A stretch of DNA of 64,000 nucleotides, taken from contig SMSO01000033.1 in assembly GCA_004764695.1 (NCBI GenBank), forward strand, positions 620,001 to 684,000, in the 5' to 3' direction. Both the position numbers and the translations under genes were made by a program. Positions within the stretch are counted from its first letter, which is position 1. Each line of letters begins with the position of its first letter. The notes below the pieces were generated by a model. The model did no database searches and had not been told where the DNA came from. It was given only the letters and a program-made list of their open reading frames with translations. This DNA comes from Schizochytrium sp. TIO01 (lineage: Eukaryota; Protista; Bigyra: Labyrinthulomycetes). Below are positions 31,478 to 42,046 of this stretch, in pieces.

Positions 31478-33781
31478 TCAAAACTCATCCTCAGAGGCCA
31501 CGACGGGACTTCGAAGGTTTTTCGATGAAGATGAAGAAGCAGAGGATGATGATGATGCCTTGGGCTTGGACTTTGATGAGGATCCCGAAGACGACGACGA
31601 AGAAGAAGAAGCAGAAGCAGCAGAAGAAGAGGAAATTGAAGTTCCAGCCGAAGAAGAGACAGCCACCGAAGTCTCAGAGTCATCTTCACTGTCCTCATCA
31701 CCTGCCCCTGCAGAAGACGAGGACCCTGAAAGTGACGAGCTCGACGAGCTTGATGAGGAAGATGCTTTCTTAACACGCATGCCTCCAGTCTCTGGAGTCA
31801 CCTCTGCAATTGCCTTGCTGTCTTGAAGTAGAGTGATAATCTGATGAATTCTGAAGCGACGTCCATCAGCGTGAGCCGCTTTAGGGTCCACAGGAGATTT
31901 GGCTGCTTCTGTGTCTCTCATGTGACGCAAGAAGCGTCCAAATGCTTCTGCACTTGCTGCATGAGGGTACACGGGCCTAAACCCTCCGAGCCGCGAGTGC
32001 TCACGGAATGTGGCAAGGAGATATTGAAGGTGATCGGCTCCGAGGGCGCTTCCCTCCTTGGAAACGCCTACAGATTGAACCCATTTTGCGAGTCTTGCTG
32101 CAAGTTTTGGTGCCGCCGGCTCCTGGTTGAATACGAGCGAGACAAGGTCACGAGCCATGTAACGTTTGGTGAAATCGTAGTGTGTCTTGCCGTTGCCTGT
32201 AAGCCTCAAGCTGGGTTCTCCGTTGATCTCCACAACACGCGGGTCAAGAGAGGCGTCAAAAAGAAGATCAACACCAAGGAGCTGGTAGCAGTTTTCGCAC
32301 ATGAATCCTTCCGGCTCCATGTGGCGCAGAAACTCGGTCTCGCCTGAGAGCAGGGCCATCCCGATAGCTCTTTGCATGCGTGGGAATACGTCTCGAAAGA
32401 AGTCGACCTTAAAGTGCTCCATGAGGTATTCGCTCAGCTTCTTGAAGGACCAAGTAATGTCCTTGAGTTGAGCACCCTCTACCTTCTTGTTAAGCGAGGT
32501 GTTGGTCAGGCACGCCTCCTTATGGTTCTTGCAATCGGGCGTGTAAGGGCTCGTGCTAATACGCACAAGGCCTCTGCTGTATACGTAAGCGCGAAGAGGG
32601 TAGATGGAGGTGCAGAGCACGTAGCAACGCATGTCCCACTTGAAGTTGTTTACATTTCCGTCGATACCGGGTTTGGTGATCAAATGGGGGTCGTCAAGGT
32701 AGGTCTGCACAACGTTTTGTGTCAGACGTTCGTTCTCGAGAGCGTCGAGGCCATCGACGATATAGATTCCCATGCCTGCTCCAAGAGACCTTGGCTTTGA
32801 AATAAACCTATTGACACTATTGTCCTTTGCAAACTTGACCATCTGCGGGTAGTCTGTGGGCATGACCCAACATGGAAACGTGAATGAGAGCAGGTCGAGA
32901 TCCTGCAAACCTTGGGTTGCCGCCGATATAGTGCGGCAGAACTTATGTTTGCTCCAAAGCACATCTCTCAACGCCTGAATTCGGTTTACTTTACGGGTCT
33001 TGCCAATTGCAATGAACTCTTTCGGGTCAAAACAATGATCTGTGTTGAACGAGAGGCAAACAATCACATTATAGTCCAATCCCTTGAGCTGGCTCACCGT
33101 ATACATTCCCGTTTTGGGCCTTGAAAGCACTGTGATATCCTCTCGTGCAAATCCTGCTTTGTATACTGGAAGGTCTCTCTTGACGTATCCAGCTTGACCC
33201 AGAGGCAAAACCTTTAGCTCGGTATGGTTCCAGCCTGCGTTCATGCCAGTTTCGAGCCTTGTGAGAACCCTGAGCAGGGTCGAAGCCGACAGGGACCCCA
33301 CGTCCGTCGTCTCAACGCCTTTGCTCCTTAGAGTTTTAATTTCATGCGGTAGAACCCTCCCGAAACCACCGAGGTCTCTCTGAATCCTTTCGAGAGCGCT
33401 AAGTCCGTCGTCGATTGGGGCTTTATCCTCCTGACTGTTTCTCCTTTTTTGGTCCAAAATCTGCTGCTGTTTCTGCAGGTTGTGGTTCACAAGACCATCG
33501 ATACCAGAATCTTCATCCAGGCCATCGAGGCCGTCCGTGTCGTCACTGTCGAGGCCGTCAGCGGATCTCATGCCAGAGAAATGCAAAGCTGGGGAGGTTC
33601 GAGAGGCCTGAAGGGCATGGAGCACAATAATGAGCGAGACCAGGGCCAAGACGGCACCGACGCGGTGAGGACTGCTTTTGCATGTAAGAAGCAGTAAGCG
33701 TAAACGACGTACAATCTCTTCCTTCGAGTACGGAACGGGCTTCGTCCTCTTGCGCCGTTTCGAGCCGGACTTGGAGCCCAT
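31478..33781 (-). CDS. Tubulin-tyrosine ligase (TTL/TTLL) family ATP-grasp protein with an N-terminal transmembrane anchor and Ser-rich tail
   Basis: FPCWVMP, FISKP...GMGIYIV, VVQTYLDDPHLI, KWDMRCYVL, GLVRIST, LTNTSLNK, YQLLGVDLLFD, VVEINGEPSL. Hydrophobic VGAVLALVSLIIVLHAL at aa 41-57. Confidence 0.9.
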   Translation of the reverse strand: MGSKSGSKRRKRTKPVPYSKEEIVRRLRLLLLTCKSSPHRVGAVLALVSLIIVLHALQASRTSPALHFSGMRSADGLDSDDTDGLDGLDEDSGIDGLVNHNLQKQQQILDQKRRNSQEDKAPIDDGLSALERIQRDLGGFGRVLPHEIKTLRSKGVETTDVGSLSASTLLRVLTRLETGMNAGWNHTELKVLPLGQAGYVKRDLPVYKAGFAREDITVLSRPKTGMYTVSQLKGLDYNVIVCLSFNTDHCFDPKEFIAIGKTRKVNRIQALRDVLWSKHKFCRTISAATQGLQDLDLLSFTFPCWVMPTDYPQMVKFAKDNSVNRFISKPRSLGAGMGIYIVDGLDALENERLTQNVVQTYLDDPHLITKPGIDGNVNNFKWDMRCYVLCTSIYPLRAYVYSRGLVRISTSPYTPDCKNHKEACLTNTSLNKKVEGAQLKDITWSFKKLSEYLMEHFKVDFFRDVFPRMQRAIGMALLSGETEFLRHMEPEGFMCENCYQLLGVDLLFDASLDPRVVEINGEPSLRLTGNGKTHYDFTKRYMARDLVSLVFNQEPAAPKLAARLAKWVQSVGVSKEGSALGADHLQYLLATFREHSRLGGFRPVYPHAASAEAFGRFLRHMRDTEAAKSPVDPKAAHADGRRFRIHQIITLLQDSKAIAEVTPETGGMRVKKASSSSSSSSSSLSGSSSSAGAGDEDSEDDSETSVAVSSSAGTSISSSSAASASSSSSSSSGSSSKSKPKASSSSSASSSSSKNLRSPVVASEDEF

Positions 33782-34725
33782 CTTGAGCGCCGCTGGATGG
33801 ATCGGTGGGTGGAAAAGTTGTTAGGACAGGCAAGGATATCGACACCCGCAAGAGCACGCCGTTCAGCGGCGAAGCGGGTCAAGTCCCGCCGAAGTTGGGG
33901 GTCGCCACGGGGCTCGATCGCTCGCGGCGGGTGCGGAGACGACGCGGGGTCGCGCGCCTGGCCGCACGGAGATGCGCTGCGGCTGCAGTTATGCTGATGA
34001 ACGAAAACATTTTATTTTAATTTATTTTTATTTTTATTATTTATTTTATTTTTAAAAGAGTTAAAAGAAATACTTATCATGATGTAATCTCAGGGTTCTT
34101 TCTTTATCGGCCTACTACCCGCCTTCTAGGTATCCCTATAGCAGACGGCACAGTCTTTAATTCTCGTTCCTATTCTTCTTACTTTCATTTATCTTTAGAC
34201 TCGCGTACCCATTGTAATAAAACAAAATAGAAAACAGAATGAAAGTGGAAATGAAAGAAATACTGGTAAATAAAAAATAACAAAGCCAAACCGTGGCCTC
34301 GAACAGTGAATGCGGCATTGTCCCAAAGATCGACGCCTTTCTCAAGCTTGCCATTGGTCTCCACGGGCTCGGGCACCGGTCGATCGGCATGATCGAATGT
34401 GGCACAGAGCTTGAACTCGAAGAGATCGCAACGAGCTAGTTTCACAAGATCAACGACTCGGGTTGGATGAAGTTAGCACTTAGTCACTGCTAATTGGCTG
34501 CTAGCTAATCATTATCCATCCGACTGGTAATGTGTATGATCAAATAATAGATCATCGAGCGCTGGGCACCTTGAGCGATCTGGAGATCTACGATTTCGAG
34601 ATCCACGCGCTGCGGAGCAAGTGCCAGTTGTAGAATTTCGAGGCTTCACCATGCCGCGAGTTATGTCCTTCCGCCCGATGTCTTACCCAAGTTGACGCGA
34701 AAGGATTGATGCTGAGATTACATGA

Positions 34726-35007
34726 CATTGCATTGCATCGCATTGCATCGCTTTGCATCGCGTTGCATTGCATTCCATTACTTTGCATCGCATTGCATCG
34801 CTTTGCATCGCATTGCATTGCATTCCATTACTTTGCATTGAATTGCATAGCATATCACTACATAGCATTCCATTGCATTGCATTCCATTACTTTGCATTG
34901 AATTGCATAGCATATCACTACATAGCATTCCATTGCAATGCATTCCATTGTATTGCATTGCATTGCACTACATTGCACTACATTGCATTGTCCTGCATTC
35001 GTTGCAT
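34726..35007. repeat. (CATTG)n-derived pentamer satellite with 50- and 60-bp higher-order duplications
   Basis: Pentamer variants CATTG/CATCG/CATTC/CTTTG/CACTA. 34811-34870 is identical to 34871-34930; 34741-34790 is nearly identical to 34791-34840. Confidence 0.95.
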
Positions 35008-36442
35008 ACCCGTGAATTGTAATGCCGTGCCGTGAACTGTGAGTGAGTCAATCCTTCAAGCGGGTTTTGGATGAATCCACCCATCCCACCGAGAGAAAGC
35101 TCACAAAGTTCCGCAAGCATCGGCGTTTGGAGTTCCCATCCATCGACGCAAAGGCAAATGAAATGTTCTGGACCCGAAGCGAGATTCTTACACGCTGGAT
35201 GATGGATGACTTTGATGACTTGGCTCCAAGTTTTAATCACTTACTCAGTAGCCTTCGCACCCCCACCATGAACAAATGAAATAAACGCATCGATCTACGA
35301 ACCACTCGGCTTTTCGCAAAGCTCACAAAGCGCTGATTTGGTGATAGGTGGGAGGTAAACGCGACTTGCGAGGGCGTGAAGAAGGCAAGAACCAACCAAC
35401 GCAATCGAGCCATGGTTTGCATTCTGTTGTGCGCCATATCTTCTGCTGTCTTAAAAGTGAACTTGGCTGGCTTTCCAAGAAGGGCCAATAGGCGCGGGCG
35501 GTTGGCCAATAGTGGAGCGGATGGGTCTACAGTAGAGAATAGGGCCCCACACTATAGAGAATACAGCTTGCAAGTAGAGTAAACCAGAGAACCGATGGGA
35601 GGCGAGCTCCTAGCAGGAGCAGTAGCGAAAGCGGTAGGAGGCGGAGAAGGAGACGATGAGGATACTACTACTGGTACCTTCTGCGATGATACTACAACTA
35701 CTAAGGGTTCTTCCTTCGAGATGGAAAGCAAGCTGTGAAATGAAATGAGTGGGATCAAAATGCCCATAATTGCAGAGGAGGTATCGTATCCGCAGTCACC
35801 TTATCCCCATTTGATGGGCGGCGCTTTGCTTCGTGATCTGGCACGAAGAAAAGATTATTGACGCGACGAAAGCTGAGGCAAAAGAAGAATTTTTTTGGTG
35901 AAAAGAATCTTTTCCCCAATTATTATTTTTCTTGGAAAAGTGATTTCTTTTTACAAAGATCAAAGGTCAGGTTGGGAGGAGAGAACGATGATGATCACAT
36001 GGACCATCGGCCTTAGTGCTCTACACTTATCCACCATTTGCCGCGAAATTAGAACTTGTAGGCTTCGAGGATTTTACGAATCTGAAATACGTAATTGCCC
36101 AAAGTTCGCTTCGAATGATGAGGAAGTTTTGTTATTATCAAACTATCAAACAGAAAGAGCTTGATAAGAAACACAGTTTCTACTGGGTGAACTAAAACAA
36201 AAACCTTCAGGTTTCGAGTTCATCCAGAACTTGAGATCTTGGCAAAAACCAACTGCACCACACGTATTCTAACCTATCGCTCATCCTAATTACTCGGTGG
36301 TACCTTCCACGGCATTGTGTTATTTGAATAGACATTTATGGATTTCATTATCGACTCTGGTTTTTGTTTTGTTTTGTTTTGTTTTAAAGTTTATTTTAAA
36401 GTAATAAATAAATAATTACAATAACAATAATATTATTATGTC

Positions 36443-36443
36443 T

Positions 36444-36527
<84 letters not shown>
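36443..36527. repeat. (TTTA)n microsatellite
   Basis: tatttatttattt... read directly. Confidence 0.95.
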
Positions 36528-36528
<1 letters not shown>

Positions 36529-38360
36529 AAGGAAGTAAATAATAATAGAAAAAACCTTTCAAGCAATTCTTTGGTGCCATGAAAAATACTTTTGCTCTGC
36601 AATTCACGGGATCGGGCCGATGCCCTTCGGCGAGGTCCCTCGCTCTCTGAGCTGTCATTGAAGGCCTCGCAAGGAGCACTCCTCCACCACCTGATCATCT
36701 CGATTCGTATCAATATTTGAGGATATCTAGCTAGGGCCCTGAGAAGCCTCGCTTGAGGAGCGACACGAAGCGAAGGAGCAGCATAAACCACGGTACGATC
36801 GCAATGTGGGCCGGTAATGCGGCGTTCTACTGCGCGGAAAATGAGAAAGATAAATAGAACATAACTCTAACATAGTGAAGAATACCACTTTTAATCTACT
36901 TCTAAAAGAGCTATAATCCACTGGTGCGGTCTCAAGAGAGACGACGAGGATGGGCTGGGGCCTTTAAATTTTGATTATAAATATATATACGTATATGTTT
37001 ATTTATTTATTAAAGCGTATATGAAAAGAAAAGCAAAAAATTAATGAATATGCGGTAGATATGCACAATGTCCGTAGAAAACCCGTGGCCAGCGATGACT
37101 TAGCCGAGGTATGAAATGGCATAGACGACTAGCATAGAAAACGAAAAGCAGAAAGCAGAAAGCACGACAGTTTTAGTTATGAGTAAGTTAAGTTTGAAAA
37201 GAAAAAGGGAAAAAAGGGATTGTAAGGGTGGACAAACCAGTAAAAGGTCAATGATGAGAAATTGAAATTTTGTGAAATCTCGGATACTTTGCTTGAAAAG
37301 CCAATCATCACGTGGCTAGTTTCAAAAAATTAGCCACGCGATTAGATCTTGAAGAAAACTAGTTCTTGTGGGATGTCTTTTATAAATGGTTGATTCTGGG
37401 CTTGCTCTGTTTTCTAAAATTGAAGTAAGTAAAAGTGATGTTCACTTGGTTATGCTTACAGCAGATCCCTCACGTTTTGGACGGAGGAGAAAAAGCAATC
37501 AAGCTTAATCTTAGCATGACACAATATCTATTTGAAATTTGATGTGATGTGTTGTTATGTTTTGCGTATGCTTGATGCAACTATGTGGCAAAGTGCATGG
37601 ATAAACCTGAGCGCATTTCTGCATAAGGCTAACCCAAAACACTTTGCAAAAGCCGAAAATTGGTAAACAGAATCGAGTAGCAAAACATCATTTTTCAGTG
37701 TAGAAACCCTGTTCAAATGCACGCGCTAGGTTATGAAAGTATTAAGTCGCAACTACGCCGGTATTGCAAGGCTAAATGGACCATTCGTTTTTCAGGTGCG
37801 TAATTTACTTTTCTTTTTTCTTTTTTCTTTTTTAAGTTAATACTAATACCTTGTAGTTATTTCTGCTTGAAAGAAATTAAAATATGCCAGCGAATGAGCT
37901 TTCTCCGCCCCTCTGTGCGTCTCAAAGACTAGAGGGGGAAATCGTCACTGTCACTACAGAACCCATGCGTGGTATTTGTGTGGAAATGCACCTCGAGCGC
38001 ACAGCCGGTACTTCCAGCTGATTGGCCAAAGAACAATTAGAAAATTTATTAATTGTCTTTTGAAATACAATCTTTGAAATGAAGGTCATCACTTTGACTC
38101 GTTAGTCTGAGTGGTGCTTCACTAACTGCTTTATACACTTGGTACCTTTGCGGTTTTCTTCGGTTGAGGCTAATAAAAAATAGCACAATAAAACGTGCCC
38201 GTTAAACACCATAAAAATGTCATTCGTCGTGAGTTTAAACGGTGTATCATGGTAGATAGATTTTAATTGAGATCTTACATGTTGTGGCATAGGGCTGAAA
38301 TATACCATGCAATACAGTTATTTTAGTCTTTTGCACACATTGAATCACAAAACAAATGCT

Positions 38361-39347
38361 TTAGTTGAAGTGCCAAGGCCCCTGGTCAAGGAGTGGCGAG
38401 CCAGTAAGGCTTGCTGTGAAGAGTGCTGCGCCACTGACAGCACAAGTAACACTAGCCACTAGCCAGCCTTGTGTTGTGAAGGCAAGAAAATCAAGACTTT
38501 GTGCATATGAACGATTCCCAACAAATACAGTAGTACCATCGTCGAGGGGCCTGATTATGTATCCTCCAGAGGATAAATCCCTTCGAACAACGCCAAAGGC
38601 CCAAATCTGTGCGTTCAAAGGTAAAATCTTCTCCCGGCTTCGAAATCCAACTGTACGTGGGTTGCTGTCGGACGCCGGTTCTGAAAAAATTTCTGTTGAG
38701 GTATCCATGTAAACGAATGAGCGTCCATCTGTTAGTGGGATTCCATGCAAATCAAGCGCTAATCTTGGCGAGCTACGCGACTCGGCAAGCTCTATAATCT
38801 CAAGCTGGTCTCCATCACGTTCTACAAGGACCTCATCAAGAGTCCTTTTTGCATTCGCTGTTGCTGCAGATTGTCCCAACCCAGCATGACCTTGCTCTGA
38901 TCTTTTTGAGGGCTTGCCCGCGGCATCTTTCGATCTTGCATCAAAAGAGTGGCTGTTATCGAAACCTCTTCCGCATGCCTGGCATGGAATCTCACTATCA
39001 CCTTTAGAACTCTTGAAGAAATTCTGGGCCTTGGGGCTCTTTGCCTCCACGAGTCGAACTTTATCCACTAAGAATGCCAAGCATGGTCTACCTGAAAGCT
39101 TTCCGACGAGATCGAAACTGCTACTACCTGTATGACCGCTTGCACTCCCGCTTCCATGGCCTGTGCCTTGAACAATTCTTAGTGCGCCCACATCTGCAAG
39201 GGCGATGTCATCAGCACTCTTAACGCCATGCGAGGCAGCCTCCACAAAGACACGCTGGCGACGCCTTGAGCGAAGATGAGCAGAGAAACAGAACCAAGCA
39301 GCCAGCCCCAGGCTGATACCAGCGCAGAAGGCAACGCGTTCGCTCAT
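38361..39347 (-). CDS. GIDE-domain two-TM protein (MUL1/SP1-like intermembrane domain), no RING
   Basis: N-terminal TM (VAFCAGISLGLAAWFCF), GFRSREKILPLNAQIWAFGVVRRD resembling the GIDE core, then a C-terminal TM (WLVASVTCAVSGAALF). First ATG at 39347. Confidence 0.6.
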   Translation of the reverse strand: MSERVAFCAGISLGLAAWFCFSAHLRSRRRQRVFVEAASHGVKSADDIALADVGALRIVQGTGHGSGSASGHTGSSSFDLVGKLSGRPCLAFLVDKVRLVEAKSPKAQNFFKSSKGDSEIPCQACGRGFDNSHSFDARSKDAAGKPSKRSEQGHAGLGQSAATANAKRTLDEVLVERDGDQLEIIELAESRSSPRLALDLHGIPLTDGRSFVYMDTSTEIFSEPASDSNPRTVGFRSREKILPLNAQIWAFGVVRRDLSSGGYIIRPLDDGTTVFVGNRSYAQSLDFLAFTTQGWLVASVTCAVSGAALFTASLTGSPLLDQGPWHFN

Positions 39348-40172
39348 AGGAAGGAACTTTGATTGTAGAACAGGTTTTGCTGTTGACAAAGATATATTTG
39401 GCTGTCAATGAACTCATTGTAAATAAAATGATACTCCTACCAGGTATGACCGATTCAAGTGCATGTGCATTTATGTGCTTTCTGTAGTGACAGTGATCAT
39501 TCTATCAAAGAGGTTGCCAAACAAATGGGCCTTTAGCCCTAACTGTTGAGACTTTGACTGCCCGGATATCATACTTGGTCTTCCGCTCCGTACTCTTGAA
39601 GCTCATGTCGAATGATCTGTCCTTGTTCTTTTTCAATACAAATAATAATAACAACCAAATGTCATTCTAATTTTATGGTAAACCATGAAAGCAATTACGC
39701 CAGGGCAGGACAGTCTTTAAGTCGCCTCTACAGGACATCTGCTTCTTTCATACGCCATCATTGATTCCCAAGATTTATTGAATGCCTTTTTTAAAGCATC
39801 GATTGTGTATTTATTTGATTAAGCCAATATAAATAATAATATTAAGCTTTTCTAGTTTAAACTTAAGGAAGATCTTTATCAATTTACTTAAAACAAATGT
39901 CAACTAGCTATCAGGATTCGTGATACCTGGGACAAAGTTTTTAATTTTAAAAGATAGAATTTAACTTTCTTTAAATGAATATATCCGTTATGGCTTGATG
40001 TCAACTAAAGCTCAATAAGTGGTGAACTTGGGTTAGTTAGTATCATCCCAAATATTCTTCTCTATTTACCTTACACGATACATTCCTTCGCACTCTCTAC
40101 TAGACCACAATTAATTGTATTCATGCACCGCCGTGTTGTCAATATTGGTGATCTTTCAGTCGAGTTGGCAGC

Positions 40173-41663
40173 ATGAAGAACTCTCAAGGTGGCAGTGTGG
40201 CGCAGTCCTTCAAGCATAGACGCAAACCAGCTCCCCAAAGCGGAGCTGCAAGAGCTTCAGCACCTTCAAAGCCGAACTTTGCTCCTTCTGAGTCTGCATT
40301 AGAGAAGCGGCTCGCCGAACTTGAGCGAGAAGGTCGCACTGCTGACGAAGAGGCTATACTGAAGGCAAAACTCGAGCTGCGCAGTGTTCAGGCAGGTGTC
40401 TGGCATCTCTTGAATGTTCTCATTCCTGGTCGTGTGTTTGTAGTTGCGCTTCGGGAGCCAAAGATAAGAGAAGTCTACATTGCGTTGGACTCAGTGTTGA
40501 CTGGTATTAAGAGAGATCGCGAGGCACAAGTGAAGCAGAAAGAAAACACCTCCTCTCCCCCAAACCTGCGGGGCAAGTCAAAGAAAATTGCAAAAGAGAG
40601 TAGAATACTAAACTCATCTTCTGCTCTTTCTTCAGGAAAATTTGAGAAAGTCCCAACTGAAGCACTTGTGGAGGGAAAATCTGACGATGCCAATTCTGAA
40701 GATCCGGATGAACCACTCGAAAAGTTGGAAGGCACAGAAGAAAGCGCCAAACTATCTGGAGCCGGCTATACAATTCGTGATCTCGATCACTCACAAATTT
40801 TAATTGCTCACGGCAGTAAACAGTATAACCTTGTACAAGCAGCTGCCCTAGCTGGTCATGGAATTGCCTTGACTGAGTTTGCACGTGATCAAAACCTCCA
40901 AACACTATTTACATCATCCAGCCCAACTCCCTTGCGAATCGCGATTGTCAAGCTCGCCGAAGCAGCACAAGATGGCAAAGTAGAGCTTGGCAAGGTATAC
41001 GAGGCTGCGGCGCTTGCCTGTCTTGATGTTCTGTTAAATACAGACCAAAGCTCAACGCATAGTGAAAATATTTGGTCACAAAGCGAAATCTGTCAGGGAG
41101 CAAACGAAGATGATAGCTTTGCAGATTCTCAAGAATCAATGCTCGTGCTTGCCGCCCAAGCAGGGTCCGAGAGACTTTGCAGAACTCTTTGTGAACAAGG
41201 TGCGTTTTTAGAAGCCCTGGCAGTCTTTAAGGCTGTTGAAAATGGACAATTTGCTGCAGCAGACTGGCTCTTAAGACACATTGCTATAAATGGGTCACCT
41301 GAGGAGTCTCAGTTTGCCCAACAAACAATTGTTCATGTAATAGTTGAAAGCGCTGCTAACGGCACTCTTCAAATGCACCATTACAACAAACTTATGGACA
41401 CTATCACGGAGCTTTGTATACCTGTGACAGTTTACAATTATCTCGGTAGGACCCCTCTTCATGTGGCGTGCATTGAGCAGAGCGTAGATCCCATTGCAGT
41501 CGACTTATTAGCAAGAGGAGCGGACCCCTCGGCCATAGATGCATATGGGCGCACACCAGAGATGTACCTCTCCCGCCTTGATAATGGTGCATTAATAAGC
41601 ATGTTTAGTTTTTATGCGCATAACGATGCATCTGCATTTCGAGTGTTAGCCCCTTCTATTTGA
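40173..41663 (+). CDS. Ankyrin-repeat protein
   Basis: GRTPLHVAC...LLARGADPSAIDAYGRTP, plus degenerate repeats LVLAAQAG and AVENGQFAAADWLL. Confidence 0.8.
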   Translation: MKNSQGGSVAQSFKHRRKPAPQSGAARASAPSKPNFAPSESALEKRLAELEREGRTADEEAILKAKLELRSVQAGVWHLLNVLIPGRVFVVALREPKIREVYIALDSVLTGIKRDREAQVKQKENTSSPPNLRGKSKKIAKESRILNSSSALSSGKFEKVPTEALVEGKSDDANSEDPDEPLEKLEGTEESAKLSGAGYTIRDLDHSQILIAHGSKQYNLVQAAALAGHGIALTEFARDQNLQTLFTSSSPTPLRIAIVKLAEAAQDGKVELGKVYEAAALACLDVLLNTDQSSTHSENIWSQSEICQGANEDDSFADSQESMLVLAAQAGSERLCRTLCEQGAFLEALAVFKAVENGQFAAADWLLRHIAINGSPEESQFAQQTIVHVIVESAANGTLQMHHYNKLMDTITELCIPVTVYNYLGRTPLHVACIEQSVDPIAVDLLARGADPSAIDAYGRTPEMYLSRLDNGALISMFSFYAHNDASAFRVLAPSI

Positions 41664-42046
41664 TTATGTCACAGGATCTTATGACTGTGATATGCTTAGC
41701 TGCAAAAGGATGAATGAAGCTACAAGTATTATATCCCGTGATGATGTTTTAGTTATCAACCAGGTAGCTTACTTGGCTTCACCTGGTGATAATTTTAACC
41801 TATAAAGAGTATATTTGATTTTGGAATTGGAAATTAGACAAACGAATAGAACCTAAGTAGAAAAGGTTTCTTTTGATCACAGTACATAAAACTCTCCCAT
41901 CGCATAGAAATGAGAACATGCACAGAAGTAGAAATATGCACACCACAATCATGCTTTAATTGGTTGTAGTTTTAGTAGAATCTTAGTTTTAAAAAAAGGA
42001 AAAGAAGAGTAGTGGACAAGTAGGACGAAATAAAGATTTTTCAAAT

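Noticed and set aside
31414-31826. Poly-Leu, poly-Lys and poly-Glu ORFs
   Set aside because: Alternative frames of the Ser-rich TTL tail.
34588-35035. Cys/Met- or His-rich repeat ORFs (MQCNA.., LHCIA..), and the possibility of a CRISPR array
   Set aside because: Translations of the CATTG pentamer satellite; no unique spacers, no cas genes, eukaryotic context.
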